Shown piece by piece: positions 16,827 through 27,580 of a DNA stretch of 64,000 nucleotides. The DNA lies in NCBI GenBank assembly GCA_944363575.1, contig CALVUJ010000024.1, positions 144,107 through 208,106 on the forward strand, written 5' to 3'. This stretch comes from an uncultured Bacilli bacterium. Its GTDB lineage: Bacteria > Bacillota_I > Bacilli_A > RFN20 > DUOF01. The translations under genes were made by a program, and so were the position numbers. Below the pieces are notes generated by a model, which saw nothing but the letters and a program-made list of their open reading frames with translations, was not told the DNA's origin and searched no databases. The first letter of the stretch is position 1. The number at the start of each line of letters is the position of its first letter.

Positions 16827-18422
16827 TTATACATTCATTCTTGTAAATAACGGCTCAATTTCTTTCAATTTTAAATCTTTTTCTATTTCAGTATAATTCC
16901 ATGAAAGACTATCTAAATCTAAAATATCTTTAATTTTTAGGCTTGTTTCAGGCATAAAAGGATTTAAGATATTAGCAAGATTAGCAATTATATTCAAACA
17001 AGTATAAATAACCTTATTAAATTCACTTATATTCTCTTTAAATAAAACCCATGGCTTACTATCATCATAATACTTATTAGCATACTCAAGCAACAATAAC
17101 ACTAAATGACAAGCTTCTTTAAATTCATATTCTTCAATTTTAGCACCAATCTTCTCATAATACTCTAAAACTATTTTCTTAACATCTACATCCATTATAT
17201 CCTTTTTAATTTCACTCAATCCTTTAAACTTTAACGTCCTATTAACAAAATTACCAAGTTTATTAACAATTTCATTATTATGAACAGTAGCATATAACTT
17301 CATACTAAAATCACTATCTTTTTTCTCAGGCCCATACCCTAGAATAAAAAACCTTAAAGTATCACTACTACCCTTACTAACAATATCAACTGTTTCTTCA
17401 TAATTACCTGTAGATTTAGATATCTTATCACCATTTAAAGTTAAATACTCACTAGAAACAATTTCACTAGGCAATTTATAATTTTCATTAAGAGCCATTA
17501 ATAAAGCTGGGAATATAATCGTATGAAAATTAATATTATCTTTACCATGAACCATATAACAAATATCACAACTATTTTCTTTTAAATAATCATTATAATT
17601 TAAATTATTTTCTAAACAATATCTTTTACAAGCAGTAACATAACCTAAAACAGCTTCAATCCATACATAAATCCTTTTATTATCATAACCTTCAAAAGGC
17701 ACTTTTATTCCCCAATCTAAATTACGAGTAATAGCCCTATCAATTAATCCCATCTTTAAATATTTTTTCGTTTCATTAATCGCATTAACTCTCCAATGAC
17801 TTTCATGTTCTTTTAAATAATCTTCAATTTTAGACTGAAAAGCACTTAATTTAAAATATAAATTTTTATCCTTACCTACAATTAATTTATTATTACAAAC
17901 CGCACACTTACCTTCCTTTAAATCTTCAAATGTAGGAACTTCACCACAATCACAACCATCACCTTTAGCCGTTTTACCACATTTCTTACAAGTATAAATT
18001 ATTTCCCTATCTTCCACAAACTTTTGACAATGCTCACAATACAAAGCATTATCTTCCTTTTCATAAATATAGCCATTATCATACATTTTCTTCAATAATT
18101 CTTGAACTTCTTTCTCATGAAAATCAGTTGATGTTTGAGTATATAAATTATAAGAAAAATTTAATAAATTGAAAGTCTCAACAAACCCTTCATGAAATTT
18201 ATCACTAATAACTTTAGGACTAACTTTTTCCTTAACTGCTCTTAAAGTAATAGGAGTACCATGACAATCACTACCAGAAACATACACTACATTATCCCCT
18301 TTTAAACGATGATATCTTGCTAGTGCATCCCCTGGCAATAACCCTGATAAGTGTCCAACATGTAAAGTACTATTTGCATAAGGCCAAGCACCACCTATTA
18401 AAACATTTCTTTTTTTACTCAT
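16827..18422 (-). CDS. metG: Methionyl-tRNA synthetase (short form without the C-terminal EMAP domain)
   Basis: The HIGH motif HVGHLSG and the KMSKS motif KISKST are present. Cys-rich zinc knuckles are also present. Confidence 0.9.
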   Translation of the reverse strand: MSKKRNVLIGGAWPYANSTLHVGHLSGLLPGDALARYHRLKGDNVVYVSGSDCHGTPITLRAVKEKVSPKVISDKFHEGFVETFNLLNFSYNLYTQTSTDFHEKEVQELLKKMYDNGYIYEKEDNALYCEHCQKFVEDREIIYTCKKCGKTAKGDGCDCGEVPTFEDLKEGKCAVCNNKLIVGKDKNLYFKLSAFQSKIEDYLKEHESHWRVNAINETKKYLKMGLIDRAITRNLDWGIKVPFEGYDNKRIYVWIEAVLGYVTACKRYCLENNLNYNDYLKENSCDICYMVHGKDNINFHTIIFPALLMALNENYKLPSEIVSSEYLTLNGDKISKSTGNYEETVDIVSKGSSDTLRFFILGYGPEKKDSDFSMKLYATVHNNEIVNKLGNFVNRTLKFKGLSEIKKDIMDVDVKKIVLEYYEKIGAKIEEYEFKEACHLVLLLLEYANKYYDDSKPWVLFKENISEFNKVIYTCLNIIANLANILNPFMPETSLKIKDILDLDSLSWNYTEIEKDLKLKEIEPLFTRMNV

Positions 18423-19615
18423 TTTATTGCCCCCTCAATATCCTCTAATAAAGAATCACCAATTTGATGATCTAACTTATTAATGCCAAAATTATCTATA
18501 ATTGTAGCACCTATACAGGCAAAAGTCATCCTTTCTTTTAATTCTTTCCCTTTTTTTATCTTATTATTATAAATAAGTAATGGTACCTGTTCCCTTGTAT
18601 GATCAGTTCCCTTATAACACGGATCATTACCATGATCAGCTGTAATTATCAATAAATCATCATCTTTTAAATATTTTAATAATTCTTCAATTTTATCATT
18701 AGTTTCTTTTAAGCAATTATAGTAACCAAGACTATTTCTTCGATGCCCATACTCACTATCAAATTCTACTAAATTAACAAAACATAATCCTTTAAAATCT
18801 CTTTCTTTACAAATTTCAATTGTCTTATTTAACCCATCCAAATTAGATTTAGTTTTACTAAAATCACTAATACCTTGTCCATTAAAAATATCATTAATTT
18901 TTCCAATAGCAATAACTTCAAAATTATTATCTTTTAAATTATCTAAATATGTTTTAGCAAAAGGACTAAGAGCATAATCATGCCTATTAGAAGTCCTCGT
19001 AAAATTATCTTTATTAGTACCAACAAAAGGCCTAGCAATAATCCTATCTACTTTCCATTTATCTTCTAAAGTAACCTCTCTTGCTATTTCACACATTTTA
19101 TATAATTCATCTAAAGGAATAACCGCATCATTAGCAGCCACCTGCAATACAGAATCTGCCGAGGTATAAACAATAGCTTCACCCGTTTTTAACTGTCTTT
19201 CACCTAACTCTTTAATAATTTCTGTTCCACTCGCACTCTTATTACCAATAATTTTCCTCCCCCATCTCTTTTCTAACACATCAATTAAATCTTGAGGAAA
19301 ACCCGTTTCAGTAAAAGTAATAGATGGCTTAGTAACTAAAAGACCCATCATCTCATAATGCCCAGTTAAAGTATCTTTACCCGCACTAGCTTCATTAAGC
19401 TTACATATAAGCCCTTTATAATCATTAATGTGATACTTAGCATCACTACTTAAATTCAAAAAACCCAACTCTTTTAAAGTATCAAGTTTTACTTCACTAG
19501 CGCTTTTTAAAACACTATTTAAAGTATTACTCCCTACATCATCAAATTTACTTGCATCTTTTCCATTTCCAATTCCAAGCGAATCTAAAACAATTAAAAA
19601 TATTCTTCTAAACAT
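18419..19615 (-). CDS. deoB: Phosphopentomutase
   Basis: The motifs LIVLDSLGIG, DTLTGHYEMMG and ITADHGNDP are present. Confidence 0.85.
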   Translation of the reverse strand: MFRRIFLIVLDSLGIGNGKDASKFDDVGSNTLNSVLKSASEVKLDTLKELGFLNLSSDAKYHINDYKGLICKLNEASAGKDTLTGHYEMMGLLVTKPSITFTETGFPQDLIDVLEKRWGRKIIGNKSASGTEIIKELGERQLKTGEAIVYTSADSVLQVAANDAVIPLDELYKMCEIAREVTLEDKWKVDRIIARPFVGTNKDNFTRTSNRHDYALSPFAKTYLDNLKDNNFEVIAIGKINDIFNGQGISDFSKTKSNLDGLNKTIEICKERDFKGLCFVNLVEFDSEYGHRRNSLGYYNCLKETNDKIEELLKYLKDDDLLIITADHGNDPCYKGTDHTREQVPLLIYNNKIKKGKELKERMTFACIGATIIDNFGINKLDHQIGDSLLEDIEGAIK

Positions 19616-20483
19616 TTATATCCTCCTCAACAAAATATTTATCATAGTTTTCAATAATATTACTTACATTCATATGTGTATATATCTCTGTTGTAGCAAT
19701 ACTCTCATGCCCAAGCATAACTTGCACAGCTCTTAAATTAGCCCCATTTTCTAATAAATGAGTAGCAAAACTATGCCTCAAGGTATGTGGAGATATCTTC
19801 TTATTAATATTCGCTCTTTTAGACAATTCATTAACAAGACAAAACACATACTGCCTAGTAACCCTTTTCCCTTTATTAGTTAAAAATAATAAACTATCAC
19901 TAGCCTTATATTTCAATTTATCTCTAACTTCTAACAAATACTTTTTAATACTTGCTAAAGCTATATCATTAATTGGAACAAATCTTTGTTTATTACCTTT
20001 ACCCTTACATTCTATCACTTTTTCTTCATTATGAACATCTTTAAGCTTCATATTTATAATTTCACTAACCCTTAAACCACATCCATATAAAACTTCTACA
20101 ATAGCCCTCATTAAATATTCATCATCTCTAATACTTCTAATTAATCTATCTACTTCTCCATAAGTTAAATAAACAGGCAATTTTTTCTCTTTTTTAGGAT
20201 GATCAACGTTATCAAACAAAACATAATCTACATATTTATTTTCATATAAAAAAACAAAATATTGTTTAATAGAAGTAATCTTCCTATTAAGCGAACTAAC
20301 CTTAATCCCCTTATCATTTAAATACTTCAAATAACCAAAAGAATCTTTACCCTCCTCATCATATTTAAAGAAATCTTTAATATCAATAATATAACTATTA
20401 ACGGAATTAATACTTAAACCTTTTTCCACCAACAAATATTGCTTATATAACTCTAAATATTTAATCATCATTACTAACCTCAC
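19608..20483 (-). CDS. xerD: Tyrosine recombinase XerD/XerC (RipX-like)
   Basis: The C-terminal catalytic motif is HTLRHSFATHLLENGANLRAVQVMLGHESIATTEIYTH. It is adjacent to deoB, as ripX is next to drm in Bacillus. Confidence 0.75.
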   Translation of the reverse strand: MRLVMMIKYLELYKQYLLVEKGLSINSVNSYIIDIKDFFKYDEEGKDSFGYLKYLNDKGIKVSSLNRKITSIKQYFVFLYENKYVDYVLFDNVDHPKKEKKLPVYLTYGEVDRLIRSIRDDEYLMRAIVEVLYGCGLRVSEIINMKLKDVHNEEKVIECKGKGNKQRFVPINDIALASIKKYLLEVRDKLKYKASDSLLFLTNKGKRVTRQYVFCLVNELSKRANINKKISPHTLRHSFATHLLENGANLRAVQVMLGHESIATTEIYTHMNVSNIIENYDKYFVEEDINV

Positions 20484-21639
20484 TAGCTTTCTTAAATACT
20501 TTATCGCCCACTAAATCATTCAATCTTTCAATAATTTTATCAATATTTTCTTTATTATCAATATTAATCTCAAAAATATTCATTTGCCTAATAATATCCT
20601 TCTTTTCCTTAAGATCATACAAAGTTATCCCAAGCAACCTAATAGGTTTATCATAATAATAATTGTTTTCTAACAATTTCAAAGCTTTTAAATATATCTC
20701 ATCATCATTACAAATAGGTTCATCAACTTTCATAGATCTATTAATATGCGTAAAATCATTAAATTTAATAGTAATAGAAATTCCAAAAGCTAAATTAGAA
20801 ACCAAACATATCCTTCTAGAAACACTTTTTGCTAATTCTTTTAACTCCTTCTTTATTTCATTTTCTTCAATTAAATCATTATAAAACGTCGTAGAATTAC
20901 CAATACTTTTAGCATCAACCTCATAATCAATAACTTCACTATCATCAATACCATTAGCCAAATTAACATAAACATAATAATTCTTACCAAGTATTTTCAT
21001 AACTTCATAATTATTTTGACAATTTGCTAAATCACCAATTGTAAAAATGCCTACTTCCTTTAACCTAGGTGCCGTCTTATTCCCTACACCATACATATCT
21101 TTAATATCTAAAGGCCAAAGCATCTTACTAACATCTCTTTTTCTTAAAATGGTAAACCCCATTGGCTTATGCATATCACTCGCCATTTTAGCTAAAAATT
21201 TATTAGGAGCAACCCCAATAGAACACCCCAAATTTAAAGTGTCTTTAATATGTTTTTGCATCTTTTTTAAATAACTAACAATATCACTACAATAATTTGT
21301 ATAATCAGAAAAATCTACATAACATTCATCAATGCTTGCAACTTCTATTTTCGATCCACACCACTTCTCTATAATATTAAAAAACTTCTTAGAATACTCT
21401 TTATAACTAGACATATCAACAGGGTTAATAATTAATTCTGGACACAATTTCAAAGCTTGCCCTACAGGCATTGCACTATGAACTCCTCTTTTACGAGCTT
21501 CATATGAACAAGTAGAAAGCACTCCCCTTTTAAGACTCCCCCCAACAGCATGAGCCTTTCCAATTAATCTAGGGTTTTTAATTTCTTCTACACTAGCAAA
21601 AAACGCATTTAAATCGATATGTAAAATGATTTTTGCCAT
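20461..21639 (-). CDS. dinB: DNA polymerase IV (Y-family, DinB)
   Basis: The motifs ILHIDLNAFFASVE and SIDECYVD are present. Confidence 0.85.
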   Translation of the reverse strand: MAKIILHIDLNAFFASVEEIKNPRLIGKAHAVGGSLKRGVLSTCSYEARKRGVHSAMPVGQALKLCPELIINPVDMSSYKEYSKKFFNIIEKWCGSKIEVASIDECYVDFSDYTNYCSDIVSYLKKMQKHIKDTLNLGCSIGVAPNKFLAKMASDMHKPMGFTILRKRDVSKMLWPLDIKDMYGVGNKTAPRLKEVGIFTIGDLANCQNNYEVMKILGKNYYVYVNLANGIDDSEVIDYEVDAKSIGNSTTFYNDLIEENEIKKELKELAKSVSRRICLVSNLAFGISITIKFNDFTHINRSMKVDEPICNDDEIYLKALKLLENNYYYDKPIRLLGITLYDLKEKKDIIRQMNIFEINIDNKENIDKIIERLNDLVGDKVFKKASEVSNDD

Positions 21640-21774
21640 ACAATCAACTCCATATACATTATATCAAAAACCTATATTTTTAAATATAAATAAAGACACA
21701 AAACAATTTTACAATTATTCTTTTATAAATTAAAATTAAAGATACTTTGTAAAATTATTTGTAAAAAAAAAGAA

Positions 21775-21812
21775 CTTTTTTATAAATAAAAAGTGTAAGC
21801 AGATGCATACAC
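21775..21812 (-). terminator. Putative terminator downstream of spo0A
   Basis: On the minus strand, the hairpin gtgtatgcatctgcttacac is followed by tttttatttat. The stem is weak. Confidence 0.3.
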
Positions 21813-21817
21813 TATCA

Positions 21818-22648
21818 TTAAATTGTTCTAACAAAGTAATTTTCTTTTTGTTTACTAACGTGTTCAAGTCTTAACCTATCAGCAATCATTGAAATAAATT
21901 CAGAATTCGTAGGTTTAGCCTTATACGCATTAATAGTATAACCGAAAATATCATCAATAGAATCTACATTACCTCTATTCCAAGCAACTTCAATCGCATG
22001 CCTAATAGCTCTTTCAACTCTAGAAGATGTTGTCTCATATTTCCTAGCAATTAAAGGATATAAAGTTTTAGTAATCTTCCCTTGCATATCCGTAGAATAA
22101 TACATCTCTTCAATACCAGTTCTTAAATAGTTATAACCCTTAATATGTGCAGGTATACCCACTTCATGTAAAATATGAGTAATATCATTTATTAACATAT
22201 TTTTTGTTAAATCACTACTTAAATTATTATCATTTCCTTTAACCATTAAAGAATAATGGTGTTTGGACTCACTACATACTAACTTACTAATTTTAGAAAT
22301 TAAAGAATCTAAATTATATGGTTTCATAACTAAAAGTTGCACTCCATATTCATTTAAAAAATCTAATAAACAATCATTAATTAAACCAGAAGTAACAATA
22401 ATATTTTTAACAACACACCTATAATCGTTCCTAATTTGCTTAATAATTTCAAAACCATCTAAAGAAGGCAAAACAGAATCAATCACCAATACATCAATAT
22501 CATGATACAAAGCAATCTTCTCTAAACAAACTTTACCATCACCTACTACATCAATTAAATTAATATTGTTCTCTAATTTAATCTTCTGCTTAATTTCTTC
22601 TTGTAATCTGACATTTGGTTCTGCTACAAGAAGATTAATTTCTTTCAT
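21818..22648 (-). CDS. spo0A: Sporulation master regulator Spo0A
   Basis: The C-terminal effector domain [22 protein letters not shown]...[18 protein letters not shown]...[17 protein letters not shown] is diagnostic. The receiver domain has Asp in VLVIDSVLP, and the Thr and Lys are present. The acidic pocket reads AEPN instead of ADDN. Confidence 0.85.
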   Translation of the reverse strand: MKEINLLVAEPNVRLQEEIKQKIKLENNINLIDVVGDGKVCLEKIALYHDIDVLVIDSVLPSLDGFEIIKQIRNDYRCVVKNIIVTSGLINDCLLDFLNEYGVQLLVMKPYNLDSLISKISKLVCSESKHHYSLMVKGNDNNLSSDLTKNMLINDITHILHEVGIPAHIKGYNYLRTGIEEMYYSTDMQGKITKTLYPLIARKYETTSSRVERAIRHAIEVAWNRGNVDSIDDIFGYTINAYKAKPTNSEFISMIADRLRLEHVSKQKENYFVRTI

Positions 22649-22797
22649 AAATTTTCCTCCCCTTTTTACACAATATACGCAAAATTATATGTTATATAAC
22701 ATTTTTTTACAAACAATCCCAGTATAAATTCATAAGCAAAAAGGAAAGAAAACAATTATCGACAAAATAAAACACTAAAAAATAACCAAACAAGAAA

Positions 22798-22827
22798 ATT
22801 ATACCTTTTTTTGTCTTATTTTGTCAA
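22798..22827 (-). promoter_or_regulatory. Sigma-A-like promoter TTGACA-18-TATAAT upstream of spo0A, with a 0A-box-like TGTCGAT at 22758..22764
   Basis: On the minus strand, TTGACA lies at 22827-22822 and TATAAT at 22803-22798. The sequence ttgtcgat resembles the 0A box TGTCGAA. Confidence 0.3.
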
Positions 22828-22858
22828 AGAATACCCCTTTAAATTAACATAACAGCAA

Positions 22859-23281
22859 TTATTTATTATTTAATAAGCTTTTAATATAAAAATTCAAACT
22901 AAATGCACCTAGAATCAAAGAAAATCCTAAAAATAAATAAATATTCATATACATAGAAACATACTCCATATATTCACCATAGTTAACAATATTAGTAACA
23001 TCACGATACCCTACAACAGTATTTAAAATAACCAACCCTAAAACAAATAAAGACTCCAAAAAAGCAATTAACAAAACTTCATGACTCTTTTTACTAATAA
23101 AAGCCTTATTACTAGCAAATAACGTAGTAATAACAGCAACTAAACCAAGCACAATTTGAGCAAATAACAAATAAGAAACAACTACCCCACTCTTAGCCAT
23201 AAAATTAACATAAATGGAACTTCCTACTAACAAAAACAAAATAACCCCTAAAACAATAAACAAAACTTTTTTACTCATCAC
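22859..23281 (-). CDS. Small polytopic membrane protein, hypothetical
   Basis: It has about 4 hydrophobic helices. It overlaps the nadE stop codon and was probably transcribed together with nadE. Confidence 0.45.
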   Translation of the reverse strand: MMSKKVLFIVLGVILFLLVGSSIYVNFMAKSGVVVSYLLFAQIVLGLVAVITTLFASNKAFISKKSHEVLLIAFLESLFVLGLVILNTVVGYRDVTNIVNYGEYMEYVSMYMNIYLFLGFSLILGAFSLNFYIKSLLNNK

Positions 23282-25196
23282 TATTTTCCTCCAATTCTTT
23301 CAAAAATATTTCATAACTTGTATCACTAGACATTCTTAAATCCCCTCTAGGAGACATACTAATCGTACCTACTTTAGGCCCATCAGGCATAGCGCTTCTT
23401 TTAAACTGTTGACTAAAAAACCTTTTAATAAATACTTTCAACCATTTCATAATTTCTTCTTTACTATACTCATCAAAAGTTTTAACCGCTAAATAATATA
23501 TTTTAGAAAACTTCGCCCCATATCTTAAAAAATGATAAATAAAGAAATCATGTAAAATATATGGCCCTATTTTATCTTCGCTAAGTTGAACAATCTGCTT
23601 ATTATCACTAGGTAATAACTCTGGAGAAATAGGAGTATCTAAAATGCCATACAAGACTTCCTTAACTTCATCATTATTATCAGCATAATACTTAACCAAA
23701 TGCTTAACTAATGTCTTAGGAATAGAAGCATTTACATTATACATAGACATATGATCACCATTATAAGTACACCAACCTAAAGCACTTTCAGATAAATCAC
23801 CAGTACCCACGACAATACCATTTTCCTTATTAGCAAGATCCATTAAAATTTGTGTTCGTTCCCTAGCCTGTACATTTTCATATGTAACATCTTGCTTACT
23901 ACAATCATGACCAATATCTTTAAAATGAACTAAACATGCTTCCTTAATATCAATTGTTTTTGAAGTAACATTACCCAATCTCATTAACTCAAGCGAATTA
24001 TGCAAAGTTCTATCACTAGTAGCAAACCCTGGCATCGTTACACCAATTATTCCCTTACTATCTAATCCTAACTTTTTAAAAGCTTTTAAACACACTAAAA
24101 AAGCCAAAGTAGAATCTAAGCCACCAGAAACGCCCAAAACCACTTTACTACACCCAATATGCTTCAATCTTTTCTCTAAACCTGTAGATTGTATCTCCAT
24201 TATTTCTTCATAATTATCATTAACAAAAGGATATTTATCATATTTTCTTACTAAATCATTCTTTTTCTTATATAAATCAAAATATATTTCTCTAAAATTA
24301 TTTATACACCCTTCATAATCCATATAACTTTTTTCTTTATATCTAAGAGCCTTTAACTTAAAAATATCAATATCATTATAAATTAATTCGCTATCAAAAC
24401 TAAATCTCTTAGTTTCATTTAAAATTTTCCCATTTTCACATATCATTGAATGCCCAGAAAAAACTAAATCGGTTGTAGACTCACTACTACTAGCAGAAGC
24501 ATACACATAACCAGTAATAGTTCTACTAGATTGACTGCTAACAAGTTGCTTACGATACTCATATTTTCCTACAATTTCATTACTAGCACTCAAATTAAAA
24601 ATAATACTTGCCCCATTATACGCTAAAATGCTACTTGGAGGAAATAACGACCATAAATCTTCACATATCTCTATCCCAAACATAAAGTCATAATTACTAC
24701 ATTTAAACAACAAATCATTACCAAAAGGAACCTTATTCTCTCCTATATCAATCTCTTTTTCATATGCGTTACAAGCACTTGAAAACCATCTTTTCTCATA
24801 AAACTCACTATAATTAGGAATATAAGTCTTAGGAACAATACCTAATATCTTACCCTTTTCAATCACACACGCACAATTAAACAATTGATTACACGCATAT
24901 ATCGGCAACCCTATAATACTAACAATATCTAATTCCTTGGTTTCTTCAACTATTTTAATTAAAGCAGTCTTACTTTCACTAATAATCGTATCTTGCAAAA
25001 ACATATCCCCTAAAGTATAAGAAGTTAAACTAAGTTCAGGAAAACAAATTATTTCAACACCTTTATCATAAGCTTCCTTAATACCCTTAACAATACTCTT
25101 ATAATTAAAATCAATATCTCCTACCCTAACTGCACTAGAACATGCTCCAACACGTATAAAACCATATTTTTTAAGCATACCATCACCCACCATCAT
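23271..25196 (-). CDS. nadE: Glutamine-dependent NAD+ synthetase (nitrilase domain plus NadE)
   Basis: An N-terminal CN-hydrolase domain is followed by the PP-loop SGGLDSTLAF. At 641 aa it is the long form. Confidence 0.85.
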   Translation of the reverse strand: MMVGDGMLKKYGFIRVGACSSAVRVGDIDFNYKSIVKGIKEAYDKGVEIICFPELSLTSYTLGDMFLQDTIISESKTALIKIVEETKELDIVSIIGLPIYACNQLFNCACVIEKGKILGIVPKTYIPNYSEFYEKRWFSSACNAYEKEIDIGENKVPFGNDLLFKCSNYDFMFGIEICEDLWSLFPPSSILAYNGASIIFNLSASNEIVGKYEYRKQLVSSQSSRTITGYVYASASSSESTTDLVFSGHSMICENGKILNETKRFSFDSELIYNDIDIFKLKALRYKEKSYMDYEGCINNFREIYFDLYKKKNDLVRKYDKYPFVNDNYEEIMEIQSTGLEKRLKHIGCSKVVLGVSGGLDSTLAFLVCLKAFKKLGLDSKGIIGVTMPGFATSDRTLHNSLELMRLGNVTSKTIDIKEACLVHFKDIGHDCSKQDVTYENVQARERTQILMDLANKENGIVVGTGDLSESALGWCTYNGDHMSMYNVNASIPKTLVKHLVKYYADNNDEVKEVLYGILDTPISPELLPSDNKQIVQLSEDKIGPYILHDFFIYHFLRYGAKFSKIYYLAVKTFDEYSKEEIMKWLKVFIKRFFSQQFKRSAMPDGPKVGTISMSPRGDLRMSSDTSYEIFLKELEENSDE

Positions 25197-25221
25197 TATA
25201 GCACAACTCTAATTTATGCCA

Positions 25222-26466
25222 TCAATCAATCACTAAATTATTATATTTTTGATAATCAATCTCATCACAATCTAACTCAATATAAATTCCATCATCTCTT
25301 TCTTCTTTATAATTAATAAAAGAGTTTTTATTTAATTCATAAAGAACATTAGCTCTCTCATAAGGAATTAGCATTTTACACTTTTTAAGATCACCAAAAA
25401 CAGTATTTAAAATCATCTTAACCAAATCATCAATACCCTCATTATTTTTACTAGAAACAAATACTTCATTATCCTCTAATTCAATAATATTATTCGTAGG
25501 TAAATCTATCTTCGTATAAACATTAATAATCTTCTTATCACGACCTTTTAAAACCTCTTTTAAAGTAATTTCAGTTACTTCTTTTTCCCTTAAATAATTA
25601 TAACTAGTAATATCAATAACATTTAATAATAAATCGGCATTAACCACTTCATCTAAAGTAGATTTAAAAGCTTTAATTAAATGATGAGGTAAAGAAGAAA
25701 CAAACCCAACTGTATCCGATAAAATAAAACTTTTCCCATAAGCATTAATTTTCCTCGAAAAAGTATCAAGTGTAGCAAATAACATATCTTTTTCAAAAAC
25801 AACCTTTTCTTCTTTTTCTCCAAACAAAGAAACAATACAATTCATTAAACTAGATTTACCTGCATTCGTATAACCTACCAATGCTACTTTAGGAATCCTG
25901 CTAGAGTTACGAAGCTTACTAGTTAATTCTTTTTGTTTCTCTATTTCCTTTAACTCTTCTTTTAAATTATTAATTTGCACATTAATTTTTCTTCTATCTA
26001 GCTCAAGAAACTTCTCTCCAACACCTTTATTTTTACCCCCACGTTGCCTATCTAAATTACCTTTTAAACCCACTAACTTTGGACGCATATACTCAAGACT
26101 CGCTAATTCAACTTGTAACTTAGCTTCTTTACTTTTAGCTCTTCTAGCAAAAATTTCTAAAATTAACATCGTTCTATCAATTACCCTAACATTTAAATAC
26201 TCTTCTAAATTAGTTAATTGTAAAGCACTTAACTCATTATTAAAGATAACAATATCAATTTCATGCTTATTAAGATAACTTTTAATTTCCTTTACTTTAC
26301 CACTACCAATATAAAAGGTAGAAGAGGTTTCTTTAATATTTTGAGAAATGGAATTAATTACTTCTAAATCTATGGAATCTGCTAAAGCAGCCAATTCAAT
26401 CATCGAAGTTAAAAAATCTTTATCATCATTAATATTAGCACCCACTAACAAAACCTTTTCATTCAT
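25222..26466 (-). CDS. hflX: GTPase HflX
   Basis: The G1 motif is GYTNAGKSSLMN and the G3 motif is SDTVGFV. Confidence 0.85.
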   Translation of the reverse strand: MNEKVLLVGANINDDKDFLTSMIELAALADSIDLEVINSISQNIKETSSTFYIGSGKVKEIKSYLNKHEIDIVIFNNELSALQLTNLEEYLNVRVIDRTMLILEIFARRAKSKEAKLQVELASLEYMRPKLVGLKGNLDRQRGGKNKGVGEKFLELDRRKINVQINNLKEELKEIEKQKELTSKLRNSSRIPKVALVGYTNAGKSSLMNCIVSLFGEKEEKVVFEKDMLFATLDTFSRKINAYGKSFILSDTVGFVSSLPHHLIKAFKSTLDEVVNADLLLNVIDITSYNYLREKEVTEITLKEVLKGRDKKIINVYTKIDLPTNNIIELEDNEVFVSSKNNEGIDDLVKMILNTVFGDLKKCKMLIPYERANVLYELNKNSFINYKEERDDGIYIELDCDEIDYQKYNNLVID

Positions 26467-26526
26467 AACATTACCCCTTAAAAGTTATTATAACTAATAA
26501 TTAGTATTATTAAAATAAAATAAATG

Positions 26527-26552
26527 AAAAAAGCTCAAAGAGCTTTCTTCAT
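26527..26552 (-). terminator. Second hairpin with a T-run downstream of rpsU
   Basis: On the minus strand, aagctctttgagctt is followed by ttttcattt. Confidence 0.35.
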
Positions 26553-26616
26553 ACAATCATAATGTAGATAATTTCTTCTATCTACAATATTAGTATTTAC
26601 AACTATCTAAAATTCA

Positions 26617-26645
26617 TACAAAAAAATGACTTTTCAGTCATTCTT
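26617..26645 (-). terminator. Rho-independent terminator of rpsU
   Basis: On the minus strand, aatgactgaaaagtcatt is followed by tttttttg. Confidence 0.6.
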
Positions 26646-26648
26646 TAA

Positions 26649-26831
26649 TTAATCTCTTCTTTTGTTTTTACGTGCTTCTAGTGATTTCAACTTGCGTTTT
26701 ACACCAGGCTTAACATAGAATTCGCGTTTCTTCACTGCAGCAAGAGTACCTGCCTTGGATACTGATCTTTTAAAACGACGTAAAGCATCGTCTAAATTCT
26801 CATTATCGCGTACTGCTATTTTTGGCATCAA
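26649..26831 (-). CDS. rpsU: 30S ribosomal protein S21
   Basis: The sequence [29 protein letters not shown]...ARKNKRRD matches S21. The start is either of two adjacent Met codons. A GGGGGAGGGA ribosome-binding site lies upstream. Confidence 0.9.
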   Translation of the reverse strand: MMPKIAVRDNENLDDALRRFKRSVSKAGTLAAVKKREFYVKPGVKRKLKSLEARKNKRRD

Positions 26832-26917
26832 TTTCCCTCCCCCTGAAGCAAACTAGCTAATTCGATAAAATTATATATAACATAACAAATAAAATCAATA
26901 AAAAAGTGCATTTTTCC

Positions 26918-27580
26918 TTAATTTTCTTGATTTATTCCCTCTTTTACGATACTTACCCCACTAGAAGTACCTATACGTTCTGCTCCCACTAGGATAAATT
27001 CTTGAACCTGTGCCAATGTTTTAATCCCCCCACTAGCCTTAATCTTAAGTTTATCTTTACAATATTCCTTCATTATCTTAACATCCTCTACCTGTGCACC
27101 ATTAATCCCATAACCAGTAGAAGTCTTCACATAATCTACACCACACTCATAAACTAACTCACAAGCTTTAAGTATTTCTTCCTTACTTAAATAACATGTT
27201 TCTATAATTACTTTAACTAACACCTTTTTATTACATAAATCAACAATCTTAGCTATTTCTTTACCAACATAATTATATTTCTTATCTTTAAACTTAGCAA
27301 TATTCATCACTACATCAACTTCATCTACCCCATCCGTAATAGCTTTTTTAGTTTCTAATAATTTAACTTTACTAACATTTGCACCTAACGGAAATCCAAT
27401 AACGCAACAAACCTTAACTTCACTATTTCTTAAATATTTTTTAGCTAACTTAACATACATAGGATTAACACAAACACTAAAAAAACCATATTCCTTAGCC
27501 TCTTTACATAGCCTTTTAATATCCTTTTCACTAGCATCTGCCTTTAATAATGTATGATCGATATAACTTGCATAATTCAT
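26918..27580 (-). CDS. deoC: Deoxyribose-phosphate aldolase
   Basis: The motifs IDHTLLK and VCVNP are present. The Schiff-base Lys lies in the KTSTGY region. ASGGI is also present. Confidence 0.85.
   Translation of the reverse strand: MNYASYIDHTLLKADASEKDIKRLCKEAKEYGFFSVCVNPMYVKLAKKYLRNSEVKVCCVIGFPLGANVSKVKLLETKKAITDGVDEVDVVMNIAKFKDKKYNYVGKEIAKIVDLCNKKVLVKVIIETCYLSKEEILKACELVYECGVDYVKTSTGYGINGAQVEDVKIMKEYCKDKLKIKASGGIKTLAQVQEFILVGAERIGTSSGVSIVKEGINQEN

Noticed and set aside
19608-20483. The tyrosine recombinase could mark a prophage or integrative element
   Set aside because: Its sequence and length fit chromosomal XerD/RipX. It is embedded in a coupled housekeeping operon next to deoB, as in Bacillus. 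There are no flanking att-like repeats or phage genes.
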